NCBI GenBank assembly: GCA_963693365.1
Contig: CAVNZM010000008.1
Coordinates: 6,272,830 to 6,336,829, forward strand
DNA from: Amoebidium appalachense
Taxonomy: Eukaryota > Protista > Ichthyosporea
Length of the DNA: 64,000 bases
Reading direction: 5' to 3'
Part shown: piece by piece, positions 1 to 41,168 of the stretch
How the letters are laid out: every line of letters begins with the position of its first letter
Position numbering within the stretch: position 1 is the first letter of the stretch
Program-made: the position numbers and the translations under genes
The notes under the pieces: model-generated
Databases searched by the model: none
The model's input: the letters and a program-made list of their open reading frames with translations, nothing else
Told to the model about the DNA's origin: nothing

Positions 1-7604
<7,604 letters not shown>

Positions 7605-9415
7605 TTTCAGCTTGCAACAAGCCTTTGAAGGCTACAGAATCTGTTTGAGTGGGTGAAACTCTATACCGTTCGAATTCTCTGGGTATGAAACGACGGCAGT
7701 TAAAGTGTAACTGTGAAAAATATGAATATAGTGAAGAAAATTCCATTTATTCTACCTGTTTCCCTGCATAACAATAATTATAAGTAGTTGTGAAGACAGA
7801 AGGGTGGGATGGGGGGAAAGGAAACGGCGAGGTGCGTTTGCTAAGGAAGCACACACACGAACGACAAAAGGAAGCGGGTGCCTGTGTTTGATGTACAGGA
7901 TACGGTGGAATGCATCGGAACTTGAGGGATGTGCGGAATTAACATAATGGAATCGCTTAATTATGACATTTCACCTTTTTGGGGCTATTAAGCACTCCTT
8001 AGGGGTGTTTTTGTTTTGAATTGTACTGTTTTGGCTTTAACTTATAACTTGAGATTTTCATCGGAATTCCGACTCGCTGGTTTAAGTATCTCCCTATACT
8101 TCTTGATGATGTATCTGGCCCTGGGCCGGATATCGATCCACATGTGCAACGCACCTTTGGCAAGAATTACTGAGCTGAATGAGACCTCATGGCCCCGCTG
8201 AGCGCAGGTTGTCGCGCGAAACAGCTGCACTGACATCAATTTATTATTATTATTATTCTTATTATGGTTTTATATCTATTTATTTACATGGGCCTGTATA
8301 ACCAATTGTAATGAAATTTCTATCAATAAAGTAATTATATAAAAAGACATATCAATAAATTTATAAAGTCATTATAAAAAAGATCCTATCTAGATCTAAT
8401 ATTAGCTAAGATATGCAATTGAATGAATTACTTTGATATCACAAGCGAACAGTGCACAATACAGAAACACCACTATTATTATTCCATATTAGAAAATCCG
8501 GTTGAATATGTGCACAATATAGCATGTGTATTTATGACAAAAAAATTTACTGTATGTGATCTACTGTATTCTATGTGGGTGCACCGTGCATTGGTCTTAT
8601 TCTATGTTGATTGGCTGCAGGAGAATAGATAGACCTGCACGGATAGGGGTGCATTGGTCTTGACTATGACCCCACCATCTGCAGAATTCAATTTACAATC
8701 AGGCAGAAACTTTAGCTTGACTCTTGTGGGAAGCGTCCGTAAATTAATAGAAACTAACTTTTTTTGTCTCTTTCTATTCAATTAATCAAAATTAATTTTA
8801 GTATGTGCTTCCGTTAAACTAGCTTTCCGCTCCTGCATGGAACAAACATGGTAGGTGTAATATATAATAGTTATTAGTTTTATGTTTCTGTTACACGAAA
8901 TTTGCTAGACAGCTGTGGACGCCCCCTAATCCCAATGTGGCGGCATTTATTGCCTCCTACATTGGACCAATCAGCAGTGCACTTGAATACTCCTGGAATT
9001 CGTCTGTCTATTCCTTTTGTATCTGACGGGGCTGCACACGACGGTCCTGTTGGGCTGCATGGCTCAGAGTCGGCCGCAGAGACGAAAACGAGAAGCCATG
9101 ATTTTCAAGACCATGATGCCAGAAAACAAAATATGTTCCATTTGACGATGTACCCATGGTGCTGCAAAAGAATGATATCGATATTTTCATTGTTGGAGTG
9201 TCGTACCATATCCCCGGGCATATGCATCCGTACACACGCATGAAAATGCTTACCAATACCTGTCTTTCAAGTGATGGTCGTCATACTATTATGACGATTA
9301 CCGTACTGGAGCACGTGCCCAGCCTGGTGTGTGTGTGTGTGTGTGTGGCACGGTGTGTGTGTGTGCGTGTGTGTGTGCGTATGTGTGTATGTGTGTGTGT
9401 GTGTGTGTTTACAGC

Positions 9416-9516
<101 letters not shown>

Positions 9517-10431
9517 TGTGTCGTGCTTGCTGCTGTAGTGTGTGTTCGTGGGCACATTCTTGTGTGTGTGTATGGCTTTTGGCAAATTTAAAATCAAGGG
9601 TGAGCGAGTCCATTTGCCCGTGTGGATGACTGTGGGTGTAAACCGGTTTAAATGTGAGTGCGTTTGTGCTGCCATCGAGTTTCGGTGTCACGATTTCAAG
9701 AAATTAATACTGGTGTGTGCCTGAAGCTGACAGTCTTGTCGGAGTTTTAACAGCTGGACTTCGTTGCAACTCCAACCACGTGGAAAGAAAACACATACAC
9801 ATTTAGTTTTGTATTTCGTCGTCACGGTGGCAGGGTGTCACAGACACATGTGGCTCGAGATATATCGGAAGCTAGCGGCACATCCGTGTATATATGACTA
9901 TTGGCCCAATATGTGGCCATAATAATAGAGGGGAAAAAATGACAAGGTTAATACGTATGTATCATCTTAAGAAACTATAGATGTGACTGCAGTTAGTATA
10001 TCGTTACTAGATAGGTTAAAAAAATGTATTCAATTTGAAGCTAGAACTTCAAGAGGATGTAACCAAGAAAAAACACCATCAATATATCATAGAAGAAAAT
10101 GTGAAGTGTCACAGGAGAGAAAAAAAAGAAAAGAAAAAGGAACCTTCAAAATGGACCGGCCCGCCAAGGCCTGAGCCGCCATTTAGACTTCGTACGGTGC
10201 AAGAAAGCTATAGAACCACTTGATATAACATCGGGGTTTACGCTGTTTACTCGAGGCAAAGAAATATAACATCATCTCGGGTGATTGTTGATTGGTACCG
10301 TGTGTGCAATACATGCAGGAGCTCGAGCCCATCACGCCACAATCGCCCAAGAAAAAAAGAAGGAAGAAACATGCTTCGAACATTAATCACCACCAGCCAC
10401 AACCATATCATGTAGCTCCCTCAGTTGCAAC

Positions 10432-22428
<11,997 letters not shown>

Positions 22429-23375
22429 GTTTCCTGGGTGTATAAGGCGCTTTTGCAGCGCATTTACAACATCTCAACCCTACTGTATCATACACGCATA
22501 CGCCTACACGCCTGTTCTATGTCGGTGTCGTGATTGTTGGTCGCTTAAGTAACACATGCATGTACGTGCTGGTACGTGTACAAACAGCCTGAGTGCACCT
22601 CAAAAGCGGGGTGGAGGAGGCTCGGTCAGTTGTAGGCGTGACATTTAGCAAATCACAATTCGTCATCTGTCCAGGGAACCAATAGATGAATTCTCTGGCT
22701 TCCGCCTGTTGAAGTTTGCGTACGTGGGTGATGATTTGCGGGGAAACGCAACAGAAAAACCTATGTTTTGAGGCTGAAAAAAAACGGTTATATATAAAGT
22801 ATAACCTTGTGCTGTGCGGGTATGTATTGTTGTATCGGGGCAGCTGTCCCGAAGGCTTCACAAGTTCACATGGTGGCGTCGTGAACTGTCAGTGTTTGGG
22901 CGAGCAGATACCTTCCAAATTTAGGCATCCATAAAATCCTGAAAAACGCACCAATCATATGCTACCTGACATTTGATTGGTCAATAAAAGTCGTTACCGC
23001 CAAAAGCGATCTGTCTGCCGTGTACGCTCAGGAGTCAGGGCCAGACAAATGTGGTTTGGTTTCCTGTTTTGTTCTGTTTTGTTTGTCGAGTGTTTTCCAT
23101 CTCGCTTATCCACGAACGCCGAGGCTGCTCGCCGAGGCTGCTTCTCCGCGCCTGGCGGGCTAAAGGGTGTGGCCATGGAAGCATATATGGGATGCCCCAT
23201 TATACGGTTCCAGTCTTGATCCAATTGGTTTAGTATTGCACCGGTCTGAGGTGGCTTTCTTCTTCTTCGAAGATCTTCTTCTTTTTTATTTCGACTTATT
23301 TAGACTTCTTTTCTTTTCTTTCTCTTCTTTTCTTTCCTTTCTTTTCGTTTTTCTTCTTTTCTTTCTTTCTTTTTT

Positions 23376-23431
<56 letters not shown>

Positions 23432-23691
23432 CTTCAACGGGGTGGAAAATGCCTCAGGCCTCAGAGCTAGTAGGGGACGCACGCAATAGGTGCAATTTAT
23501 TACCACCGTCGAGGGGCAGTGCACACACACGAGCACAAGTGAATATATATACGTACATGTATTTGAACACGTGTATGTCCGTTTGCGTTCTCTGACTGGC
23601 AGTTCGAAGTTTGCAATTGTCGTGTATGTACTTGCGAGCTGCAAATACGTGTGTGCGTGGGTCGAGTCTCGCAAGAGTGCACACGGTGTCA

Positions 23692-23746
<55 letters not shown>

Positions 23747-24582
23747 TCAGAGTGTGAGTGTCGCGTGACACATCACTGAAGCACTAAACTAAACTGCACC
23801 CATGTGCGTGTGCAAACAAAGTGTTATTCAGAATTTGCCCAACGAGTATTGCCCTCAACGAAGGGGTCCGGCAAGGCGGGAAGGGGGGAGGCCCTGTTTT
23901 TATCAAATTGCATATCAGAACCGTTCCTTCCCCCCCCCCCCCCCCCCCCCCCCTCCTCCTCCACCCGCCCCCCTCCCTCCTCCCCCTTCCTCCTCTGCCT
24001 TTTCAAAATTTTGGTTTGTTTTTGTGCGTGTGACGTGTGTGCATGTATGTGTATGTGCCACAGTGTGTGCACCGCGAGCTCGTGTGTGAACAGTGAACAG
24101 GAAAGTGGGCGAAGGGGGGGGGAGGGGGAGGGGGAGGGAATCAGTCAGCTGAAACATCGGACCTAAACAGTATATTACAATCATGCAGGAAGGCGGTTCC
24201 TTTAATACTCTTAATTAAGGTCTATGTTTGGTCAGCTGTAGGTACAAATGACGTCACATCCTATTGTTGGCTTTGCCCATATATGGTAGATACGATCCCC
24301 CTTTTTTAGACATTGGGTGACGGGAATATATAGGAACCCTAGAACACCTTCACAGAAGTTAACAGTTACTAACGTTGTTGTGTTCGATAAAAAATCTGTT
24401 CTTTGGGAGGGGGCGAAAGAGGTTGGGTGAAGAGGGGTGGGTTGGGGGTTGTTTGGGGTTTGGGGAGGGGGGGGGGGGGGGGGGGGGGGAGTAATCCAAC
24501 CTGACCATTAAACACGGGGACTGGATTAGGGTGTGCAAAGGTATTGCAACCAAAATTTCTGCTCTAAGACACTTTAAAATAG

Positions 24583-24756
24583 CTACAACTCCCTCTCCGG
24601 GTGGCTATGAATAGTAACATTGTGGATCTTGGCCCAATCCTTCAGGCCCTTCTGCCACATCTGGCCCGTCAGACCGTCTGGGGTGTAAACACAAACCACC
24701 CCAAGTTGGCTGACGTTGCGGATGTTGCCCATCTCGTTGTCGTAGAAAATCTGTTT

Positions 24757-24787
<31 letters not shown>

Positions 24788-24939
24788 GGGGGGGGGGCGA
24801 AGGTGCGTGGTGCATGTGTGTGTTGTGTGTGTGGGGGGGGGGGTGAAGGGGGAGGGGGGTGCGTGCATGTGTATGGTGTGTGTGTGTGGGGGGGGGGGGG
24901 GGGGGGGAGGGGGAAGGCGCGTGCATGTGTGTGGTGTGT

Positions 24940-24990
<51 letters not shown>

Positions 24991-25045
24991 GGTGTGTGCA
25001 TGTGTGTGTGTGGGGGGGAGGGGGGATATAGGGGTGTGTGTGTGT

Positions 25046-25076
<31 letters not shown>

Positions 25077-25085
25077 CGGTTTGGT

Positions 25086-25144
<59 letters not shown>

Positions 25145-25605
25145 GCGCGCGCACGCAAGTGTGTGAGGGTAGGGGTGAGTGAGTGGGTGAGTGGGTGAGT
25201 GAGTGAGTGAGTGAGTGAGTGAGTGAGTGAGTGAGTGTGTGTGTGTGTGTTTGTTTGTGTGGTGTCAGTGTGTGTGTGTCTGTGCATGTGTATATGCACA
25301 CGTCTGGTTTCATGTATGCGATCTGTGCGGCACGTAGACACATGCATGCGCATGTGCCTGTGCGTATGAACATGTATGTCTGCGCATGTACCTGTGTGTA
25401 CATTACACATGTGCATTTTCAAGTAAGCCTCCTCACACTCTTTCTGCAAGTGACACCACACACAAAAAAGGGACCGAAAAAAAGAATCTGTATCCAGGGT
25501 TGTGGTGGTGGTGCGGGGGTTGGGAGGGTTGGGGGCGGGGGTGGGCGAGGGCGGATGGGGGAGATAATGCCTTTTCTTTTTAAGAATGAGCAGGTTTTGA
25601 GGCGA

Positions 25606-25637
<32 letters not shown>

Positions 25638-25862
25638 GGGGTTCATCCAAAGGGACCCAACCACTACAAAAACGGATGACAGAACAATGCTACACAAAGC
25701 CGACACTCAAACAGATGCCATCAACGAAACACGTTCAAATATCCATCTGAAAACTTCTGTTTTCGACTCGCTAACCTTACACGTGTGTTCTCTCGGCCCA
25801 TACAGGCCGCAACTGAAGCGTGGGGAACCCATCAGGGGAGGAGGAGGAGGTGTGTTGTGTGT

Positions 25863-25943
<81 letters not shown>

Positions 25944-26133
25944 TGGGGATAACACACTATATCATTATAGGCTACACCCGTTTTTTCATGCAGCCGTTGA
26001 AAGTGTTGCTTCTTATTGGACTTTGAAATCTCCACAAAATGAATAGTGTCCTTCATTTTTATCCCGTCACCCACTTCGATAAGAGCAAGGCACTCCCGTG
26101 CCCATTCAGGCTCATCTGTGGAAGAGGCGACAC

Positions 26134-26165
<32 letters not shown>

Positions 26166-26277
26166 TGTGTGTGTGGTGTGTGTATATGTGTGTGTTTGGC
26201 GGGGAGGTGTTTGTGTGTGTGTGTGAATGTGCGAGTGTGTGAGTGTGTGTGTGTGTGTGTGTGAGTGTGTGTGCGTT

Positions 26278-26338
<61 letters not shown>

Positions 26339-26344
26339 ATGTCC

Positions 26345-26375
<31 letters not shown>

Positions 26376-26443
26376 GGGGGTGAGTGTGTGTGTGTTTTCG
26401 TGTGACCACGTGTGCTGTGTGTGTGTGTGTGTTGGGGGCGTGT

Positions 26444-26474
<31 letters not shown>

Positions 26475-26902
26475 GGCAACGCAATCGGTACTATTTGGAG
26501 GCAACCAAAACACAATCAGAAAGCTTTCAGTTGATATCAAGCGCCAATAGAAAGACTTGCACCTCGAACAATTTGTTTAAGCGCCCATTTAAATAAGTGC
26601 AGTTATTCCACTTCTAACCCTCCAAAAACTTAAGATTAAAAGGTTAATACATTAAGGTGCGGCAAACAGTTGCATCGCCAATCAAGTTACAGTGGGTCAC
26701 ATCCAGTAGCCACACCGAATGTCCCCAGCAAAACCCATAACCTAAGACAACACCCACAAACATAACATTTTTTTCCATTTGCATTTCTCCGATTTTCAGT
26801 TTTACATTTGCAGACAGCCGAGTGGATTGGTAATGACGTTGAGAAAGACAAAGAAAAGCTAGCAATAATACGGAGGGGACGCGGAAGGGGGGGGGTCTGT
26901 GT

Positions 26903-26957
<55 letters not shown>

Positions 26958-27081
26958 CGCAGACATACGCTACACGTGTGTGCATCCATTGGGGTTTAGT
27001 TTTCAGCTCGTGCAAAATCTGACGGCTCTGACCCATCAGATACACCTCAGTACCTGACCGGTCCACAACATTACCTGTGTG

Positions 27082-27125
<44 letters not shown>

Positions 27126-27153
27126 TGTGTGTGTGTGTGTGTGTGTGTGGTTG

Positions 27154-27216
<63 letters not shown>

Positions 27217-28042
27217 TGAGTGTATGGGTGTCTCTGCCTGTGTGTGTGTTTGAAGGGAGGAAGGGGGGGACGTAAGCATTAGTGTGTGTACGTGTGTAAA
27301 GAGGGGGGGGGGGGGGGGGGGGGGGATGTGATGTATGCATTAGTGTGGATGGCAAGCATTCAAGACAAAAATAAACGTGAAAAGAGGCACGGAGAGGGGG
27401 GGGGGGGGGGGGGGGAGGGGACCGGGGGACAAGAGCGAGAAACAGACAGACAGAAAGACAGGGAATGAGAGGGGTTGAGCCACATGTTGCGTAAAGGACA
27501 TTCGCGAAACGACAGACACCTCAAGACCCCAACAATACCAAGGGCACCTTTTTCTTGGGGATTGTTATGGTCCAAAGCGAGTAAACAAAGACATGGGAAG
27601 GTGTTTTGTGGCATGCATGCGTCTGTGAAGCTACATGCAGCGAGTACGTTCAGGCTCAAAGGGCAAAAAAAAAAAAAAGAGACAAGGTCAGGACAGCTTT
27701 GCCAGCATGCCGACGTGTTATATGTTCTACTTCATACAGCATGTACGAAACCATCGTTTTCTTTCCCTGCCATTCGGGACACTAAGTTAGCTTCTGGTTT
27801 CTTGTGCCCCCCCCCCCCCCCAACCCCCAACCCCCCCCCCCAACCCTCCTTTAAAAAAGAAAAAAAAAAAAAAAAAAAAAAAAAACCGAAAAAAAAGCAC
27901 CTTCTCCTACCTCTTTCCTAAATTAAACTCCGGCACTCAATCCCGAAGTTGCAAAAACGCACACAAACCACACCAAACATGCAAGAACTCGTGTACAGGA
28001 ACGTGCGCAGACGTTAACGCATCAGGAAAGATTGGGAGACTG

Positions 28043-28077
<35 letters not shown>

Positions 28078-29048
28078 GTCGACAAGAACCAGGTGGCAAA
28101 CAACGGGAAATTATGTGTAGAAAAAAAGGGAAATACGGTACAACCTAAAATGAAAGTAGGTTGCAGGAAAAAAAAAAAAGATTGGTTGCAAACACTTGGT
28201 CCAGAATTCAAACCAAAATCCACAAAGGGCACGACCTGAGGATTGTGCGGAGAGGAAGAGAGGAAGGAGGGAGGGAGGAGGGGTAGGGATGGGGAGGGGA
28301 GAGGGGGAAGGGGGGGGGGAAGTGGGGTGGGAGGGGGGCGGGTCAAGAGTTCCACACGAAGGGAGAAGATGGAGGAGGATTGAAGTGCGTCGAGATCTAG
28401 ACCGGGGTGCATTTGTGTTTGAGCACGGACAGCAGATCGTGCGGGTCCAACAGACAGAGGCAAACGTGTAGCGAAATGCACATGGCTCAGAAAATATCGG
28501 CTCCTCTTGTATCCAGTTGGGAAATGTGCACCACTTAGGAAAAGCCATTCAACCCCCCCCCCCCCCCCCCCCCCCCCCCCTCTCCCCCCAACACACACAC
28601 ACACTCACGCACACACACGTATCATCCACAACCCCTAATTCTTATACCCCTCAACCATGACTAACAGTTACCGTCCTCTGTATACCTCTCCGCAACCCAC
28701 TCCCCCCCAACCCACCATTACTGTGCCCGCCCCTTTTCCTGCTGATCAAAAACGTGAAATGTGTGTAAGTCGCCCACATATGTGCCCAACGAGGCATTCG
28801 AGCACACGTTGAACGCAATGCACACACCTCTAATCCCCGTCAAACAAAACACATACACACACCAACACACACACATCAACGCACACAAAGACACACACAC
28901 ACACACACAGACACACCATACCGTTCTTCTTGTTGAGTCTGAACGGTGCTCCCCCACTGCCCCACAGGTGATACATCTCGGGATACCACAGTGTGGCGTC
29001 CAGGTCAAATACAACCAGTCCGGGCATACGGGGAACCGTAGCAGCCAT
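24583..29048 (-). CDS. MDP1: Magnesium-dependent phosphatase 1 (HAD superfamily, acid PPase family)
   Basis: Exons 29048-28922 ([16 protein letters not shown] motif I), 27074-26969, 26132-25958 ([15 protein letters not shown]...KKQHFQRL), 24750-24583 ([20 protein letters not shown]...GLT, stop). All phases match. Confidence 0.92.
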
Positions 29049-30048
29049 GGTTGAAATAAGCACTCAGAGAATAAGAAGGGCGGTGCTAAAAGCTATGTTT
29101 TCTATATTATACTACAGAATACACAAGCATACGGCGGATGACAAACTTTGTGAACCCCAGGCTAACTTACCCATCACTGCCCAGCAGCGAGATCTCGGAT
29201 CTAAGAATGTGATTAGAGTAGAGTTCCCGCGCTTTTTGAGCAACGCAATTTAATTTGTGGATATCTAATACTTTCATATGAAGATCCGAAAATTCTGTAC
29301 AGTAAGCCTAGCTAGCCTGACGCCCTGAGCTCGAGACTAGGGAGAGAGGGATACAGTAAAGTGAGTGTGTGAGAGAGAAAGCGAGAGATATAGTAAGGAG
29401 AGAGAGCATCGGAGGAAGAGAGATGTAAAGAGAGTGTGTATGATAGAGAGGAGGAAGAGTGAGTGAGTGAGAGAGAGAACCAGAGAGAGGTGGAAATGAA
29501 GAGAACCTCCAGAGCTCGAGAAGGGAAAGAGTGAGAAATTGCAGGTAGAGGCGGGGGTGTTGCACACATGGCCAAACCTAGAGCGCGAGATTGGAGAGTC
29601 AGGGACTGTGTGACTGTCCTATAGAGTTTCTTGCAGAGAAGGGCACGTTCCGCCCGATACTGAACATCCTGTCCTCAAGGTCTGTTGCATGGAATTAACG
29701 GTGTTTGTTTCTGTGCAAGCCTTAGCGTACTCTTTCTCTCTCTCTCGCTCTCCCTCTCTCTCAGTTTACTCATTCTCCTCTCTATCACACACAGTCGTTA
29801 ACTCTTGCTTTCTCCCTCCTTATCACTTTATCTCTTGCTTCTTCTCACACACTCACTTAAATCTCTCTCTCCCTCTCCTCTATCTCACTTTCTCTCCCCC
29901 CCTTCCCCCCCTCCCCCCCCCTTCTCTTTCACAAGTATTACAGATCCACAAATCAAATAGCGTTGTGTAAAAAAGCCAAACCTACACACACACGCGCGTA
30001 CACGCACACGCACACACACACGCGCGCGCGCGCACACACACACACACA

Positions 30049-30168
<120 letters not shown>

Positions 30169-30394
30169 TACATGCACGGCCACACCTGCACAAAGACATA
30201 CCCACTCTGGCACAAAGCCTGCCGGTTCTCTCCCCCCCCCCCCCCCCCTCTCCCCTCCCCTGGGCCCTGCTCCCCTCGCTTTCTGCATCCTCCAAGCCCC
30301 CCACAAGCACCCGTAAACACACACACACACACACGTGCATGCACAAGCATATGCGTGTGTGCAGCCACACACAAACACACACACAGGCGTGCGT

Positions 30395-30490
<96 letters not shown>

Positions 30491-30554
30491 TCTCAACCAC
30501 CCACCCACCCACCCACACAGAACTCCACAGTCTCTCAACACAAACATCCCAACC

Positions 30555-36236
<5,682 letters not shown>

Positions 36237-36789
36237 AAAACGTGCCATTTGGGTGGCCCAGCTACGTATGAATATTCCTTGGAAGTGGGGGAAATTTGTT
36301 ATTTGTTATCGAGATATTTGTGTGGCTGTGATGAGGTGCCAGCACCAATTATTGCATGGCCAACAGTGTTTCCGCCCAAAAAGGTACATAGCTAGCTTTA
36401 GATATACTTTTAGAGTGATGCATTTTGGAAAGTGTGGGTGCTTTTGTAGTCGCGAGCTGAAGTGGTGTGCTGGCGGAATAATTAGTATTTTTTCTTGTTA
36501 TATCTCAGCCTTTCGCGCCCTTTTCTCCACATACCTACAATGTACCTAAATGCACACTACACTGTAGTAGTCCTTTGGCAGCTCGTACAATTTAAATTTA
36601 AAATTTATTTAGATTTAAATTTGTCTGGCCACCCCTGAGCACATTTGTCCCAATGTATGTATGTATATCCCCTTTTGCCTTGCCAGCTGTCTGCATATTC
36701 ATGCACCTTTCTATGGATACCCGGCCCGACCCGTACTCGGCCCGACCCATGGTGGTGGCCGTGGAAGTGTCTTTTTTTTTTTTTTTTTT

Positions 36790-36851
<62 letters not shown>

Positions 36852-37879
36852 GCAAGTTTTGGCGCGAAAATGTGCGTGTACACACTGTTTATACGTCACA
36901 GTGAGAGGAGAGTTTTTGTATTTACGTGTGGCCGCGTATATCGTTTTGCCTTTTAGTTAATTTTATTTTCATACAACCCCTATATATAAAGTATGCATAC
37001 ATGGGCTCATTTAGTTCCTCCCTCTCTTTATTTAAAAATAATAATACTAATAATAAAAAGGGAAAATAGAAAAAGAAAAAGTCTTGGAGTAATACTTAGC
37101 AGGACTCCGCCTGAATCACGTGTGACGTGCATGGAAATTCCGTGAGCCACGCACTCTTGCTTCTAAGCAAATTCACACTGAGCCGCACGCACCTAAGTCC
37201 GACTCCATACGCCGGAAGTCCCCGCGCACCTGATTGGACAAAACACGATCCGATGACGTAAATCAGGGGAGAACGATTCGATCCTCAAGCGACATAAAGG
37301 GGCCGTCAGGCCCCTCTAGCGGGGGGTTGGGGGGGCGGCAGCCCCCCCATTTAGGGCCCAGACACACATAGGGTTATGGTTATTGGGTTTATGTTTTTTA
37401 TTTTTGTAAATTATTATCAATTATTGTATTTTTTTAGCCAGTTATCATCCGATCTCCCTATACCTAGGGCTTCCTTCGTATAGACCTACCTCAGCCGCAC
37501 GAACAGCCGTACATACATGTGTAATACGCGGCACCTGGTCTCCGTCGCGCTTTTTTTGCTTTCTTGTTACGTAGGCTATGACATATATGTTCTCACCGGT
37601 TTGAAAACAAGAACAGCGTCAGATCTTTGGTTCAAACCTTCTTCAAAACCCATACCTAACCATTACCACCCCTTTTCCCTTCTCCCACTTTGCTCCCCAT
37701 GTTTTGGGGAACCCTTTCAACCAACCTTTTTCACATCCATCAGTAGAAATCCACCCGCCACAGGTGTGGGGTTGGGGCACGTGTGTGTCCCACGCAGCTG
37801 CAACCTGCCACTCCAGGTTTTTGTGACGCGGCACGACTCCGCGCCCCAGCCCCTTCCGCAGGAGGAGGGGCCTTACACC

Positions 37880-39185
37880 ATGAACAGCGTGGGCGAGCAG
37901 TGTACTGAGCTGAAGCAGAAGTACGATGAGGTGAGTGCGTGTGTGGATGTTGAGCTGGGATGGGTAAAGTGGGGGAGAAGTATGAGGAGGGGGGAAGGAG
38001 AGAGGGGAGGAGGGGTGGAAGGTTTTGGCGGAAGGGGGCAGGGTGGGGGAAGGGGGGAGGGGAGTAGGCAGAGCTCAAGGGCAGGGCAGGGACTCGGCCG
38101 TAGATCGAAGTTGGAGGGAGTGGCTGTGTGGTTGTGAGTGTGGGTGTAAACTTGATATTCGTGCACTTCTTTGGAGAAACAAGGTGGGCTGTTTGTGCAG
38201 GAGAGATGGTGAGAGGGAGAGAGGGATGCAGAGGATGGGTGGTGTGCTTATGTCATGCTGAAGGCGGAAATACCAAGCCTGATATTATGTGTTCAATCGG
38301 GGTCAAGGTGCTAGCAGCTTCCACGCAGTAACGCTCTGTGAGGGGAGCTGGATGGCAGTAGGGAGTGAGAGGGAGATCAGAGTAGAGAAGAAAAGAGAAA
38401 AAATTCTGGAGGGTAGGCGGAAGGCGACAGGATTAGTGATGCAGAGTGGCTCACCAGTGATGGAGAGCTGGCTCGCTGGTGTCAGAGGGAAACAGTGGTA
38501 GGCTTGGCTGGTGGAAACGGAGGGTGGGTGGGGGGGGGGGGGAGGTAGAAAATTCTTCACCTCCTACAACAAGCCCCTCTCCTCCCTCCCCCTTTCTCCA
38601 AAAACCACGTTACCCTGTATGCCCCCCCTGTCCTCCCCCCCCCCCCCCCCCCCCCCCCCCCCCTTCTCCGTTCCCCCTTCCACTGCCCTCCCCCACCAGG
38701 GCTTTTGGATTGATCAATGCACATGCTGCTCTTGCTTCCCCCTTCCTGTCCTCGGGACACTCACACAGACACCCCCACCACCTCAGCATCATATTTTCCG
38801 TATGCCAACCATGTCTGTCTTTTTGAGCTAATTTATATCCGTTTTTTCCTTTTCATGTCCCCCTTTCTCTTCCTCTGTTATCTACTCGCTTGTAAGCTGC
38901 TGTTAAAGCTACATAATGCCCCCACTTTAACCCCCCCCCCCCCCCCCAAAAAAAAATAAAAAAATAAAAAAAATAAAAAAATTGTTATCTCTCTCTGATA
39001 ATGCCCATTCTCTCTGTTGTCTGCCTCAAGTGCCCCTGGTGCACTTCCTTTCTTTCCCGTCGTCTATGAATTCAGACGCCTGTGTTGGTTAGATATTTTC
39101 CTCTCTTTTCCTTCACTCCCTTTTCCTCACAGTGAAGCCCCCCCCCCCCCCCCCCCCCCCCCCTCCCCCCCCCCCTCCCTGCTCT

Positions 39186-39229
<44 letters not shown>

Positions 39230-39556
39230 GCACACACTCAGAGACACACATGCTCTTTTCTTTTGCTCTTGCGTCACCTTGCTCGACATACACACGCTCT
39301 TTCGCACGCACATGCTGTCTATATCACACACCTACCTACATGCAAACAAACACACACGACACTCAAATGGGCTTAAATATCCTGCAAACTAAAAAGGATG
39401 CAAAAGCATTGACACAGAATCTTGTCTCCACACTACACGGGCACACTACATATGCTTGCACCCACACACGCACATACATGTTTCCCATCACGTGCAAGCA
39501 TGTACACACACACGTGCACACACGCACACACACACGCACGTGCGTGCGCACGCGCG

Positions 39557-39618
<62 letters not shown>

Positions 39619-39621
39619 ACG

Positions 39622-39660
<39 letters not shown>

Positions 39661-39662
39661 AG

Positions 39663-39739
<77 letters not shown>

Positions 39740-39927
39740 GCTTCAACAAATGGTACACCACGAAGTTTTTGAAAGGAGAAGGGGCACAATGTGAGTGTGA
39801 CGACATTTTCAAACAGTACCAGACGTGCGTCATGGTATAACCCCCCCCCTCCCCCCCCCCTCTCTCCCCCCCCCCCCCCCCCCCCAGACACACACAAATG
39901 TGTGTGTGTGTGTGTTGTGTTTGTGTT

Positions 39928-40017
<90 letters not shown>

Positions 40018-40451
40018 GGCGCGCGTTATCCGGGGGCACAGGGAGGAAAAGGGGGTTTTTTTTTTCTTTTTTGGGGGGGGGGGGGGGGGGGGGGAAGCCA
40101 AGATGCTCACGTTCAGCGGTTGGAAAACCACTTAATATTCGAATTAAAAATCCGAAAACTACATTGACAGGCATTTGCACACATCTATGGGTGCTTGAGT
40201 TTGCAAAATATGCCCAATTTCAAAAGGTTCACTTGCCGGTTTTCCGGACCAAAGGCTTTAAGGTACACACATGCACACACAGACGTGGCACCGACACATC
40301 TCCTACCCCCCCCCCCCCCCCCTCCCCCCCCCCCCCCCCCCTTAATCCCCCATACATCTCACTCTTCATTCCGGCCCTCCCCTCTGCCTTGCCACCCACA
40401 CACACGCGCTCACACTTGTGTAGGAGGTTTAACACACACACACACACTCTC

Positions 40452-40517
<66 letters not shown>

Positions 40518-40670
40518 TCCCCCTCCCCCTCCCCCCCCCTCCCCCCCTCCCCCCTCCCCCCCTCCCCCTCCCCCCCTCCCCCTCCCCCTCCCCCCCTCCC
40601 CCCCCTCCCTCCCTCCCTCCCTCCCTCCCTCCCTCCCTCCCTCCCTCCCTCCCTCCCTCCCTCCCTTCCT

Positions 40671-40727
<57 letters not shown>

Positions 40728-40838
40728 AAACATGATGCCCACTTGCAGGCAGCCATCAAGGAAAAGAAGATTCTGGATGATTTCGACACGACCCTTTTCG
40801 AAGACAAAGCCAAAATGCAACAGGACTCCCCCAAATGA
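37880..40838 (+). CDS. MDM35: Mdm35/TRIAP1 (UPF0203), mitochondrial intermembrane-space twin CX9C-type lipid-transfer chaperone
   Basis: Exons 37880-37930 ([17 protein letters not shown]), 39739-39834 ([32 protein letters not shown]), 40749-40838 (AAIKEKKI...stop). All are phase 0, and the family motif is clear. Confidence 0.93.
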
Positions 40839-40957
40839 CGGAAATAAATTTCTTTTCTTTTTCTATTTTCAGCTGAGCCACACCACACTTTGTGGCTTTG
40901 CGTTCAACAGCTTTTGGTCTTGAGAATTTCATGCTTACTTACATTGCTGCCACCATT

Positions 40958-41003
<46 letters not shown>

Positions 41004-41168
41004 TAACACTTTTTCATGCACATCAATGATTCTTCTATGGGAAAGTACATTTGTCTTTAGTAATTTGTAAACGAGGTTGCGTAAAATTTGTCCAGGACCA
41101 GTGGTCCAGGCAACATCGTGTGGATTTTTTTTTCCCTTCCTACAGGAACTATATTTTTTCGTTAACCA

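Noticed and set aside
37517-37879. In-frame 121-codon N-terminal extension of MDM35
   Set aside because: The family normally starts at MNSVG. The extension has no recognisable features and contains an acceptor-like CTCCAG near 37816, suggesting a 5' UTR intron.
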